Positions 51,310 to 64,000 of a DNA stretch of 64,000 nucleotides are shown one piece after another. Positions within the stretch are counted from its first letter, which is position 1; each line of letters opens with the position of its first letter. Location of the stretch: NCBI GenBank assembly GCA_951406725.2, contig OX597822.1, forward strand, positions 46,128,001 to 46,192,000, written 5' to 3'. Position numbers and translations under genes: made by a program. Source of the DNA: Octopus vulgaris (taxonomy: Eukaryota). A model generated the notes under the pieces. It did not search any database, was not told where the DNA came from, and saw only the letters and a list, made by a program, of their open reading frames with translations.

Positions 51310-54300
51310 ACCGCTTTCTATTGATACTCTGGTCTTCATCACTAAAAAACAAAACAAAAAAAAACTTCTGCAGTGCAATAAAGAAAGAAATGTTAAACAG
51401 TAAAAAGGAGACCAATCACATCTCACTGTTGATGGCCAGAAAGCAAACATCACAGTGAATGCCAACTTTTTTTAACAGAAACCTATGACATCAGTGAGAG
51501 TAAATTGGGTGAATTTTTGTTTTGTTTTTGTTTTTGTTACTATCACCTCAACTTGACCTTATATGAGGAGGAGGCGATGAGAAGAGAAGATGATAGAGAG
51601 AGGGAAGAAGAGAGAGAACCAAGAAAAATAAACACAGATTACAAATACAATGAGAATACAAATACACACATTTCTCTCTATATATATATATCCACATAGA
51701 CTCACATACGCATCAATATACAGACATCAATATATAGGCACACACACACACACACACACTCACATGTCAACTGATACCTTGAAATTTAGGTACAAATATA
51801 CTTAAGTCTGAAACAGAAAAGTATAGTTTGGCAAAACCACTTTACAGACAAAAGAGAGGGAGAGAGAGAGGGGCAAAGAAAGATAAGGTGAAAGATCTAG
51901 AACAAATTTAAGAAATTTGGTTCAATAAGTGTTTTTCTTTTTGTTTTATGTTGTTGTTGTTTTTTTTACATCTTCACAAACCTGCAGAACTAACAAATAC
52001 CCTATTTTCCAGCATACAAGTTGACTGTTTCAGACCAAAATTTACATCCCCCAAAAAGGTAGATTGATTTATACACTAAGATGGCTTTAGCAGACCAAAA
52101 ATTCCACGTGAACTGCAGAAAGATATAAAAAGCTTGCAAGGATGTGTGAATGTTTACTATATACTACATCGACTTCTATGCTGGAAAATATGGTACATCT
52201 ATGAGAATGCTGAACATGCTAGAAACATCAGCCAAATACTCTTCATAAAACGGACACATTAGATAATGTAGTACTGGCTATAAAAACAAATGGAATGGGC
52301 AGAGCTGGAACTTTCTTTGAGCAGAGATTTGCTTTGGACTACACAGACAATAACCTATATTGGAAGGATAATGATTGTGTATCACTGTTTATAGATATTT
52401 TGGATATAACTAGAATGTTCTGGAGATGCATATTTGAAATAGTTGTATATTTGAAATAGTTGTTAGATTGGCAAATTTGGTGCAGGCATGTTTTGCAACT
52501 AAGTGGTTTTGAGTTCAATTCTACCAAGTAGCATTTTGAGATAAGTGTCTTTTACTATAGCCACAGGTCAATCAATGCCTTGTGAGCGTGAATTTGGTAG
52601 CCAGAAACTGAGTGGAAGTCTATTGTGTGTGTGTAGTCTTTCTTTTATTCTTTTACTTGTTTCAGTTATTTGACTGTGGTCATGCTGGAGCACTGCCTTA
52701 AAGAACTTTGTAGTTGAAGAAAGCAACCCTAGGACATATTCTTTGTAAGCTTAGTACTTATTCTATCGGGGGTCTTTTGCCGAACTGCTAAGTTATTGGG
52801 GACATAAACAGACCAACATCGGTTATCAAGCGATGGTGGGGGAACAAACATAGACACAAAGATACACACGCATAAATATATAGATATCATCATCATCATT
52901 TAACATCCATCTTCCATACATGCATGGGTAGGACGGTTGACGGGAGCCAACCAGACAGAAAAAAACTACCCTAGGCTACTGTGTCTGTGTTGCCAGGGAT
53001 TTTACAGCTGGATGCCCTTCCTAACACCAACCATTCCACAGAGTGGACTCAGTGCTTTTTATGTGGCACTAGCACAGGTGAGGTTAGTTTTGGCCTGATT
53101 TTTACAGCTGGATGCCCTTCCAAATGCCAACCACGTTACAGTGTGGACCGGATGCTTTTAACGTGGCACCAGCACTGGCAAGGTAACCAAGTAACTCACA
53201 AGACAAGGAATTATGAGAGAGGCTTCTTTCAGTTTCTGTCTACCAAATCCACTCATAAGGCTTTGGTACTCAACTGGTACTTCTTTTCTTGACTCCGAAA
53301 AGATGAAAGGTAAAAATCAACCTCAAAAGGATTTGAACTCTGAACGTAAAGACGGACAAAATGCTGCTATGCATTTTGTCTGGTGAAGTAACAATTCTGA
53401 CAGTTCGCTATGTTATTGGTTTCAAATTTCGACACAAGGCCAGCAAATTGGGGGAGATGGCTGGTCAATTACAGCAACCTCAGTACTCATCTATTGTACC
53501 TCTTTTATTGACCCTGAAAAGATGGAAGACAAAGTCAGTTTTGTTGGAATTTGAATTTAGAATATGGTCGAAATGTTCGTGGATAGATTTGGATGATGCT
53601 GCTAATGGTGGACATGGTGAGACAGACTGCCCAGAGGAATAATGTTGACAATTATTATGATGGTAATGATGATAATGGTAGCATCATAACAACAAAGTCA
53701 GCAACAATAATAAACAACCCCCACCACCACACACAAACAGAGGAGACACAATAAAACCAATCAGAGACTAAGGATTATTGACTGACACCAAACATGTCCA
53801 TGGACTGTTATTATGGGAGGGGAGGAGGAGCACAAAATATTCCCCACAAAATTTCTACTAAAATCAGTTAGGCAACAGTAATAGCCTGGTTAGCACCAGT
53901 TATCAGAACATAGGTAGTGGTGGTTATGGTAGGCTGATGAGAACAATGGTATGATGGTGGCAGTGGTGATGCTGTACTTGAGTTGATAGTGGTGGTGATG
54001 AGGTTGAAGTGGTAGTGGTAGTGGTAGTAGAAGTGGTGGTAAAGGTTTCGGGGAGGGGGTCTACTGTCACCACTGCCACCATCACCACCATGCTGCCATG
54101 TTATTAGATTTGCAGTCAATTATTACAAGACTGTCCCCTACATACATGCAAACACATTACTGACCATTACTCAACAGTCATTGCTGCAGCTACTCTGCTG
54201 CCGCCGCCACTACCATCACCACATATTTGCCAACATCCAACATATCACACACACATACACAACATCTAATAACACTGCCAACACCTAAAATACATCAAGG

Positions 54301-54396
54301 CTCTAACTCTCAATGAAGTCTCTACATAGTACCTGCAACTATTAGGCATAGCAGCTAAATCAATTATTTCACAATAATCTTTCAAAGTTTTCTTTT

Positions 54397-54616
54397 GTCT
54401 GAGGAGAGTCATTTTCTTTTAGTGCCTTATTATCTAACGCACTCACTGGTTAAGTTTCCATTCATTTATTATTTTCTTGAAATTTTCATTGCGTCTTTGA
54501 AAAGATTGCAAGACACAACGAAAATTTTAGGAAAAATAAATAAGTAAATGAGTAGAAAATTTACCAATGAGTGTGTTAAATAATAAGGCACTAAAAGAGA
54601 ATGACCCTCCCCAGAC
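54397..54616. repeat. Long imperfect palindrome (fold-back/MITE-like)
   Basis: Arms of ~100-110 bp (gtctgaggagagtcattttc..tgcgtctt / aagacaca..gaatgaccctccccagac) around a ~12-nt spacer. Confidence 0.9.
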
Positions 54617-55683
54617 ACAACAAAATATGCTTCAACACACAAACTCACATAAAGAATCTTGCAAGCCAAATCCAAACACGAAATAAAACTTTCAAAGTTT
54701 ATAAGATTCATATGACATCAACAATATGTGTGTGGTGGGGTGCAGTGATGGTTGTGTGGTAAGAAGTTTGCTTCCCAGCCACATGGTTTCCATTTCAGAC
54801 CCATTGCATGGCACCTAGGGTAAATGTCTTCTGCTATTGCCCCGAGCCAACCAAAGCCTTGTGAGTGGTTTTGGTAGATGGAAACCAAAAGAAGCCCGTC
54901 ATATATACATCAATATGTCAGGTGATGACCAGATTATCAGATGTTGTTATACATCGCTAGCCACAGTTCACTTAGCATCATTTTTTTTTTGCTTTCAAAT
55001 GATGCTTCTCCACTAGCTAGGTGAGCAGACCAACATTTTGCCCCTGGATAGGATGCTCGTCCATTACAGGGTTACTCATTTACAGCTGAGTGAACTGGAC
55101 CAACATGACATGAAGTGTTTTGCTCAAGAACACTATATATATACTTTACAGAATGTGCTAGATGCTTTTATGTGGCACCACATGGGTACTTTTATGTAGC
55201 ATCAACATGAGTGCTTCTTACCACCACATATGTATGCATCTATCTATATATATATATATTTCTTTATCGCCCACAGGGGGCTAAACACAGAGGGAACAAA
55301 CAAAGAGATTAAGTCAATTACATCAATCCCAGTGCGTAACTGGTACTTATTTAATTGACCATGAAAGGATGAAAAGCAAAGTTGACCTCGGCGGAATTTG
55401 AATTCAGAACATAATGACAGACGAAATACTGCTAAGCATTTTGCCCAGCATGCTAACGATTCTGCCAGCAGGGCAAATTTTAGCCATTTCTCTGCCGACT
55501 GAAAAAAATTATGAACGATTTTTGAACCTTATTGGCTTCTCATCAGAGGTGTCAACATCATTCTAACAGTCTCCAGAGAAACAAATAGCCAAACTGTTTA
55601 TATTCTTAACAAATGTAGTAGTTACCCTATGAAAGAATCCTAATTTGCATACCGATAGTGTGTTACACTCTGCATATATATAT

Positions 55684-55974
55684 GCCAGCCTCGTCTGGCA
55701 CCTGTGTCGGTGGCACATAAAAACACCATCCGAGCGTGGCCGTCTGCCAGCCTCGTCTGGCACCTGTGTCGGTGGCACATAAAAACACCATCCGAGCGTG
55801 GCCGTTCGCCAGCCTCGTCTGGCACCTGTGTCGGTGGCACATAAAAACACCATCCGAGCGTGGCCGTCTGCCAGCCTCGTCTGGCACCTGTGTCGGTGGC
55901 ACATAAAAACACCATCCGAGCGTGGCCGTTCGCCAGCCTCGTCTGGCACCTGTGTCGGTGGCACATAAAATCAC
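55684..55974 (+). repeat. 62-bp tandem repeat, about 4.7 copies
   Basis: Units start at 55684, 55746, 55808, 55870 and 55932; identical apart from alternating ct/tc. Confidence 0.97.
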
Positions 55975-56136
55975 CCACTACACTCTAGGAGTGGTTGGCG
56001 TTAGGAAGGGCATCCAGCTGTAGAAACACTGCCAGATCTGACTGGCCTGGTGCAGCCTTCGGGCTCCCCAGACCCCAGTTGAACCATCCAACCCATGCTA
56101 GCATGGAAAGCGGACGTTAAACGATGATGATGATGA
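55684..56136 (+). mobile_element. Young RTE-tailed SINE-like element with a 62-bp tandem array
   Basis: Array, then ggagtggttggcgttaggaagggcatccagctgtagaaac..aacccatgctagcatggaaagcggacgttaaac(gat)n. CpGs intact. About 20 related copies or fragments in the window (e.g. 1115, 4620, 8050, 9010, 11260, 16840, 27990, 31960 on +; 19636, 21090, 24330, 32620, 38331, 47630, 52886 on -). Confidence 0.9.
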
Positions 56137-56985
56137 TATATGTGTTTGTGTTCGTATTTGCATCTCCTTGTCTTGACATCATGTGATTGTTGTAAATGTA
56201 AGCCATTTTTTTCCAGTATTCAGCGAAAACATGGGGAAATATCGTCTTACATGGGAACAGGTAAATGTTAGTGATGGGAAAGGCATCCAACTATAGAAAA
56301 TCTGGTTTGATAAACCCCAATCTGACCCATGCAAAGAGGGAAAAGTGAAGATGCTTTTTTTTTACATTGTTGGAGCAAAAACGATTAAAATATTTTCCAT
56401 TGCAAAAAGGTCCTAATAAGTATGGTTTGATAATGATTCCTTAGCCTTTATCAGATGCAATGAAATTGTTTAGAAAAGAGTATGTTAAATACACTTTAGT
56501 TAATTATTTTCCTTTTCTTGTTTGTCCATTTTTACAATTATCTTTTGCTTTATTTTTGTGAAATGTTATGTAATAGTTTTTTTCTATTATGATGTTATGT
56601 ATGCATTGGCACTGCGTCGGTTACAACAACGTAACCACCAGTCCGTTAAATTAATGTGCAAGTGGCTGAGCAAGCAGTTACAACGAAGAGTATTCCAACT
56701 GATCCGATCAATGGAAGAGCCTGCACATGAAATTCACATGCAAGTGGTTGAGCACTCCACAGACACATATAACCTTAATGTAATTCTCAGGGATATTCAG
56801 CACGACACAGAATGTACAAGGCTAACTCTTTTAATTACAGGTACAACTCATTTTTGCCAGCTGAGCTCATTAAAGCAACATCAAAATAAAGTGTCTTGTT
56901 CAAGGAAAAAACATAACATGAGTAAATGAACTTATGACCTTATGATCACGAGGTGAACACCCTAACCACTAAGTCACGTGCCTTC

Positions 56986-57031
<46 letters not shown>

Positions 57032-57055
57032 CACACACACACACATATATATATA

Positions 57056-57420
57056 GGTGCAGGAGGGGTTATGTGGTTAAGTAGCTTGCTTCCCAACCAC
57101 ATGGTTCCGGGTTCAGTCCCACTATGTGGCACCTTGAGCAAGTATCTTCTACTATAGCTTCAGCCCTACCAAAGCCTTGTGAGTGGATTTGGTAGACAGA
57201 AACTGAAAGCTTGTCGTGCGTGTGTGTGTGCTTGTCCCCCACAACATCGCTTTCAACCGATGCTGGTGTGTTTACATCCCTGTCCATTAGCAGTTCAGCA
57301 AAAGAGACCAACAGAATAAGTACTAGGCATACAAAGAATAAGTCCTGGGGTCGATTTACTCGACTAAAGGTGGTGCTCCAGCATGGCCACACTCAAATGA
57401 CTGAAACAAGTAAAAGAATA
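57056..57420 (+). mobile_element. Full-length tRNA/CORE-like SINE (others at 58205-58640, 60000-60345, 61639-62030 on +; 49835-50225, 60675-60825 on -)
   Basis: Same head, core and tail as 17787-18173. Confidence 0.9.
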
Positions 57421-57426
57421 TATATA

Positions 57427-57472
<46 letters not shown>

Positions 57473-57558
57473 TTGATCTTCTCTAAGATGTTCCTTGTAA
57501 CCAATTTAGAGATTTACTTTGAATACTGACATGAAACGTGCTATATATCTAATGGTGA

Positions 57559-57559
<1 letters not shown>

Positions 57560-57612
<53 letters not shown>

Positions 57613-57623
57613 GTGTGTGTGTG
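57560..57623. repeat. (TG)n microsatellite
   Basis: Direct reading. Confidence 0.98.
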
Positions 57624-58349
57624 CACGTGCGCGCACACAGATGTGTTATGACAGAAATATTCATATTTCAATAAGAGGTTACAGCAATGTATATACTACA
57701 AGATTTAATTTAAAATCCCTTCTGAACAGCATAGAGTACTTTACAAAATTAATTCATTTACATTTACTCTCAAAGAGATGTTGTAAGCATGGATATATAT
57801 TACACTTGTTCCTGGTTAATTCCACTTGTTCTGTTGCATTTCATTTCTGTTACTAAAACATAACAATTGTACTACTATAAATTATATATAATAATATATT
57901 TATAATATTGTATTGCTGTATATTATATATAAATATTTCAGAACATATATGGAATACTGTAGCACAGCAATACTATAAATTCTGTAGCATATTGAAATAC
58001 TATGTCGCTTTATATTAAATATATTATAGATTTTATTTTGTATATTATAACACTATACTATTTATAAATTATCATTGATATAACTGGGTTACTATAGATT
58101 TTAACACAGTAACTACTATAAATTATCTGTGACATACTTAGGTTGTACTGCCATAGATTATGAAGGATATACTATAACACTCTACTGTCATAAATTATGT
58201 ATGATATACTGTGTGGTAACAACTTTACTTCCCAACCACATGGTTCTTGGTTCAGTCCCCATGCGTGGCACCTTGGGCAAGTGACTTTTGTTATAGCCTT
58301 TGACCAACCAGAGTTTCGTGGGTGGATTTGGTGGACAGAAATTGAAGCC

Positions 58350-58431
<82 letters not shown>

Positions 58432-59928
58432 GACATACATATATATGTGTGTGTGTCTATCTGTGTTTCTCCCCAGCACACCCTTTGACAACTGGAGTTG
58501 GTTTGTTTATGTCCCTATAACCTAGGAGTTCAGTAAAAGAAACTAATAGAATAAGTGCCAAGATCAATTAGTTTAACTAAACCTGTCAAGGTGGTGCCCC
58601 ATCATGGCCACAGTCCAATGATTGAAAGAAATAAAAAATATTCAAACACTGCACAATTATAAATGATATATAACACACTATAATACATCACAAGTACAAA
58701 TTAATTGTTTAAGACTATAAAACTTCTCTTTTTCCACTAATGATTGTGAATGTAACTTGAAACACTGAGATGTCAGACTAATCTATGTATCAGGAGTTAG
58801 CAAACTGCAAGTGGAGTAAAAATGAAATTTTTGTGAGTAATGAGAACTCATTGGACATAAGTAAATTTGTATAAAAAATGTGTTCCTTGTTACAGCAGAC
58901 ATTTTTCTTCTGGTGACACTGCATCTGTCCAATGTAATGAACATGTTTAGAAGATACCAAGTGATATTTTATCACATTTGTTTTCTACTTATACATAACT
59001 ATTATATCTTGGTAAGATGTAATAGCAGGGGCTCTATAGTGTGACTGGTAAGACTTGGCAAGGTGAAAGATACATGGATAAAACCACACAGTGGGCCTGT
59101 TACATATTTATTTCTAAAACTGAACTATTGTTTGTAATGTTGACCACTAAGAATGGAATCTGAAGACAAAGATGAGAGAGTTTGAACTGAGGGAGGGGGG
59201 AGAGAGGAGAAAGAAGAGGGATGGGAAAGCAAAGGAGATAGGGGAGATGGGTGATTTGGGGAGGGGAAGGAGAGATAGGGAATCTGTGTGTGTGTGTGAG
59301 AGAGAGAGAGAGGGGTGATTTAATAACATAAAAGACAGTCTGGTGCTCTACCATTTCTGGCATTTGCCATCATCAAAATTATGTGAAATGTTAACTAATA
59401 TTTTAATCTTAATGTTCTTTAAGAGGCTTAAATATCAAATAGTGTTTACAAATAAATATAATTAACAAACACACACACACAAAATATGCACTCATACATC
59501 TGCACAAACACACAGTTGTCCACCAAACTTGGTGGAGATTATCCTCTTTACTTACACACACACACACACACACACAAACTCTGGTATAAATTACTTGTTC
59601 ACCAGAAAACAATTAATTTTCATGAATAATTAAGAAAACATGGAGAAGCAGCTCAGTTGTTGACAATTTAATAAATTTACCAACAACAAGTAGTCATGAA
59701 AAACAAGAGAGAAAAACAATAGATTTTTAAATTCCTATTTTCTGTAGTTTTGAAATTTAATTTGCACAAACTTTTTTATTGGTTTCCTTTTTTTTTCTTT
59801 TTTAAAGAATTCCAATGTTAGAGAGAGTATAATTTGAGCAAAACATAATCGAACCAAATAAATAAATGAATAAAATAATCTTCTACAATCTTGAAAATCA
59901 AAAGCAAAAGGAATTTAAAATTTCCAAA

Positions 59929-59989
<61 letters not shown>
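59929..59989. repeat. (AAT)n microsatellite
   Basis: Direct reading. Confidence 0.98.
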
Positions 59990-59993
<4 letters not shown>

Positions 59994-60349
59994 TGACTTT
60001 GCACCAATGTAGCTGTGTGGTAAGAATCTTCCAAATTTTGTGGTCTTGGGTTTAGTTCCACTGCATGGCAGCTTGAATCTAGTATCTTTCACTAGAGCCC
60101 TATAACAAACAAAGCTCTGTGAGTGGATTTGGTAGAAGGGAACTGAAAGAAGCCTGTTGTGTATGTAAGTATATATATATATGTGTGTATGTGGATGTGT
60201 GACTGTGATTTAGTGTCTGTCCTCACCATTACTAGACAACTGGTGTTGGTTTGTTTTCATCCTTGTAACTTAGTAGCTCAGCAAAAGGAGACCAATAGAA
60301 TAAGAACCAAACTTTAAAATAAGTACTGGGGCCAGTATGCTCGACCTAA

Positions 60350-60665
60350 AAGACACACGAGTGCATAGGATGCACCCTAACCTAGGCTATACTTTTGTAA
60401 AATAAATTATAACTAAAATAATGCTTTAATTCCTCTACTTACCTATATAACTTTGCTATTACCGGTAATTATAAGCAATTTATTGCATCCACATTCAACA
60501 TAAAAACACACAATAGGCGGTTGTTTACCAGCACAGGTTTTGTAGACATACATACCATTTTGAGCGAGTGTTGAGACTACATTGAGTGCATTGGATGCAG
60601 GGGGGATTTTTTAAGCCAATTTGTGGTAAAAAAAAATGTGTGTCTTATAGGCCATTATATATGAT
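60350..60665. mobile_element. Probable pogo/Tc2-like non-autonomous element
   Basis: Ends gagtgcataggatgcac and gtgtcttataggccattatatatg resemble degenerate inverted termini of this group. Confidence 0.4.
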
Positions 60666-62579
60666 GTATATATGATGGGCTTCATTCAGTTTCCATCTAC
60701 CAAATCCACTCACAAGGATTTGGTTGGCCTGAGGCTATAGCAGAAGACACTTGCCGAAGGTGCCACACAGTGGGACTGAACTCAGAACCATGTAGTTGGG
60801 AAGCAAGTTTCTTACCACACAGCCAATCCGGTAATAAAATTATGAATGAATACATCTGCTTTCCACAGAAAAGGAGTTAATCATATATGCCATTCCTTCA
60901 AACATTGTGGGCCTATGATTATGTCTGAAATCAAGTAAAACAAACAAAAAAATACAAGTGGATGGTAGAACTAGTAAAGTGTCAACCAAAATGTATTGTA
61001 TCCCGAGTTCAAATCTGCTCCTGTTTGACTTTGTGTGTATCCTTTCACGGTTGAATATGGTAAATATGAAGCAACTGCTAGGATCAGTCTGACTGACAAA
61101 AGCCACTTGACAAAATCTGTGACTGAGTGATATATTAGAAATATATATTATGAAAAGCTTGCACAGCAGAGTCCTGTGGAAGCAAACTTGGTTTCGTTAC
61201 CATGTGGTCTGATTCCCACAATGTGACACCTTCAGCAACTGTCTACCAAATACAGGCTCAAGGAACTGTAATAGAAGACACTTACTCAAGATGCCATGTG
61301 GTGGAACTGAGCCTAGGACCACAATGTTGGGAAGCAAGCTTCATAATCACACAGCCACATTAATGCACCACGTTAATTCAATACGATGGATTTTCAGTTG
61401 ATTGAAAAAGCAAAATGAATGACTTTTCATCACTAAAAATAAAGCAAATCTTCATCACAGCCTCAAAGATCATTCACAGCAGACCATGCCAAAGTTTGAG
61501 ATTATTCTGAGCCATATCACATCTTCAAGTTATGATTTCATCTCAATTTAACCTCATAATCTATTCCTCATCACACACATTGCTACCTACACAAAGGAAC
61601 TTTCATGCAATTCACAAAAAAAAAAAAAATCCTTATAAGCGCAGGGGTGACAGTGTGGTAAATAGCTTGCTTACCAACCACATGGTTCCGGGTTCAGTCC
61701 CACTGCATGACACCTTGGGCAAGTGTCTTCTGCTATAGCCTTGGGCCAACCAAAGCCTAGTGAGTTGATTTCGTAGACAGAAACTGAAAGAAGCCTGTCA
61801 TGTGTGTGTGTGCTTGTGTGTCTGTTTTTGTCCCTCCACCATCGCTTTAGAACTGATGCTGGTGTGTTTACATCCCTATAACTTAGCAGTTTGGCAAAAG
61901 AGACCGATAGAATAAGTACTAGGCTTACAAAGAGTAAGTTCTGGGTTCAATTTGTTCAACTAAAGGCTGTGCTCCAGCATGGCTGCAGTCAAATGACTGA
62001 AACAAGTAAACGAGTAAAAGGATAAAGAGTGTAGCTGAATTCCATCTGATCTATGAATTAAATTCATCATCATCATCATCATCATCAACATAGCATACAC
62101 TTTTCCATCCTTGCATGAGTCTGACAGAATTTGCTGAAATATCTTTCTAAGCACGAATGCTCTTCCAGTCACAAATCCTCACCTATTTCCAAGTAAGCTC
62201 AAATTTCCCAACAACCAGACATGTTTTCACTGAAGATTGAAAATGGCAGACACCACTTGTATGTTGGTGACACTCATTTACAACTATCACACTGTTACAT
62301 CACATCAAGACAAGGAGAGAATAGGAAATGCACAGACACGCATAAACAAACAGGTTCCTTGCAATTTCTGCCTTTGAAACCCACTCACAACACTTTGGTC
62401 CACTTGGGGCTATAAAAGAAGACACTTGCCCACAGTACCTTGCAGTGGGACTGAACCTGAAACCATGTGGTTGGGAAGCAAACTTCTTACCAAACAACCA
62501 CATATGATTAACATAGAATGGAATGACTTGGTTGTTGAAGCCAAAGTTAAGAACAAATAATAATTTTAAATTGATATAC

Positions 62580-62762
62580 TTTTATTTGTTTCAGTCATTT
62601 GACTACGGCCATGCTGGAACATCTCCTTTAGTCGAACAAACCAAACCTAGGACTTATTCTTTGTGAGCCCAGTACTTATTCTATTTGTCTCTTTTTGCCA
62701 CACCACTAAATTACAGGGACATAAGTTACCAACATCAGTTGTCAAGTGGTGGTGGGGGACAA

Positions 62763-62793
<31 letters not shown>

Positions 62794-63867
62794 CACAGGA
62801 GTTGGACAAAATAATGGAAACACCTAGCATCATAGTATCATAATTTTGAAATATCTATAAAACTGTCAAAAGCTTGTTTACTTTTATATTTTTTTTATTT
62901 ATTTTTAGTGTTGCTTAATATGTTTTGCTAAAATTGCTGTTTCTTTTCAGATATCATCAGAAAAAGGTAATTAAAATTCATTAAATTGACAGATCTATTG
63001 GACCTTCAAAAGGTCAAATTCTTGGTGCTTGTATGGCAAGTGCTAGCATAATGAAAACAGCCAAAATGTTTGGTGTATCAAGAAGTACTTTCTCAAAAGT
63101 ATACATGTGGAAACAGCCAAAAGAAGCATTTGACCCACAGTGCCTTCTTCCAACTGTTAAACATGGAGGAGGATTTGTGATGATCGAAGGAGCTATAGCT
63201 TGGAAATCTGCCAGCCCAATGGTTTCCCTTCATGGCAGAATTAATAGTTAAGACTATTCAAGCATTTTATCTGAGCAAATTCATCCTATGGCTGTGGAAC
63301 TGTTTCTAGAGGGAAATGCAATCTTTCAGGATGATAATGCACCAATTCACACAGGTAAAGTTGTTACTGAATAGCATGAGGAACATTCTAGTGAAGTTGA
63401 ACACCTTATCTGGCCACCACGGTCCCTAGATCTCAATATTATTGAACACTTATGGTACATTTGAGGAAAAAAAGGATTCGATATCCTCAACTACAAGAAC
63501 TAAGGACTGTTTTAGCTGAAGAATGGGCAAGAATTCCTTTGGAAACAATTCAAACTCTGTACGAGTCCATACCTCATAGAATTCAAGCTGTAATTACTGC
63601 CAATGCGGTCCTACTCCATATTAAAATAAATTCGTTTGAAATTCTAATGTGTTTCCATTATTTCGTCCAACCCTTGTGTGTGTTTATATATATATATATA
63701 TATATGAATATATGACAGGCTTCTTTCAGTTTCTGTCTACCAAATCCACTCACAATGCTGTAGTTGGCCCGAGGCTATAGTAGAAGACACTTGCTCAAGG
63801 TGCCGCACAGTGGAACTGAACTTGGAGCCATGTGGTTGGAAAGCAAGCTTCTTACCACACAGCCACT
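62580..63867 (-). mobile_element. tRNA/CORE-like SINE split by the Tc1 element (tail 62580-62790, head 63715-63867)
   Basis: Head and tail are colinear on the minus strand either side of the Tc1 insertion in the (CA/TA)n linker. Confidence 0.8.
62794..63678 (+). mobile_element. Internally deleted Tc1-family transposon, DD36E (Incomer-like), transposase pseudogene
   Basis: 30-bp TIRs (cacaggagttggacaaaataatggaaacac / gtgtttccattatttcgtccaacccttgtg), TA on the left. Transposase motifs PTVKHGGG, FQDDNAPIH, WPPRSLDLNIIEHLW, YESIPHRIQAVI with stops and frameshifts. Confidence 0.9.
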
Positions 63868-64000
63868 AACTACCAGAATAAACCATATTTTAATTATTCA
63901 GAATGAAAGAATCACATTACAGATCAAATCTTCTTTCTTTCCTCCTCAAATCTGGCAGAAGACGCAGAAGGAAAGATTAACTAGAAAATATTCAGTTAAG

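Noticed and set aside
55510-55560. Hammerhead-like CTGATGAG-stem-CAAAA on the minus strand
   Set aside because: Stem II forms but GAAA is mutated and no convincing stems I or III exist; the 55470-55675 block looks more like a DNA-transposon end.
55684-55974. CRISPR-like array, or repeat-protein ORFs on three minus frames
   Set aside because: No unique spacers; units are contiguous and part of a SINE-like element in eukaryotic DNA.
60432-60452. AG|GTAAGT recursive-site-like motif on the minus strand
   Set aside because: No pyrimidine tract, inside a probable MITE, and upstream of the inferred promoter.

Overview
AT-rich, repeat-saturated eukaryotic genomic DNA. The SINE/LINE families look like those of a coleoid cephalopod, most likely Octopus (recognised from memory, not by search). 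No intact long ORF is present; nearly all ORFs in the supplied track come from microsatellites, SINEs or decayed LINEs. The window appears to contain the 5' part of one unidentified minus-strand host gene: a CpG-rich, SINE-poor promoter-like domain (~42.3-46.8 kb), a probable start exon (MTELDEE, 43899-43919), a well-formed 144-nt coding exon (40309-40452), then very long intronic sequence with a few weaker candidates. The rest is tRNA-derived SINEs (CORE-, Nin/Deu- and Meta-like), an RTE-tailed element with internal ~60-bp hairpin repeats, decayed LINEs (CR1/Jockey-group, several RTE lineages, HERO-like), hAT and TTAA-type MITEs, a mariner fragment and an internally deleted DD36E Tc1 element. 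I found no convincing wholly new system. The best leads are a possible 2-nt microexon or recursive splice site at 15562-15563, the DD36E transposon, conserved RNA-structure motifs in the retroelements (62-bp hairpin array, HERO-like 3' UTR, decayed hammerhead-like motif), and an unexplained hairpin-repeat segment captured inside a SINE. Repeat boundaries are approximate unless TSDs or TIRs are quoted.
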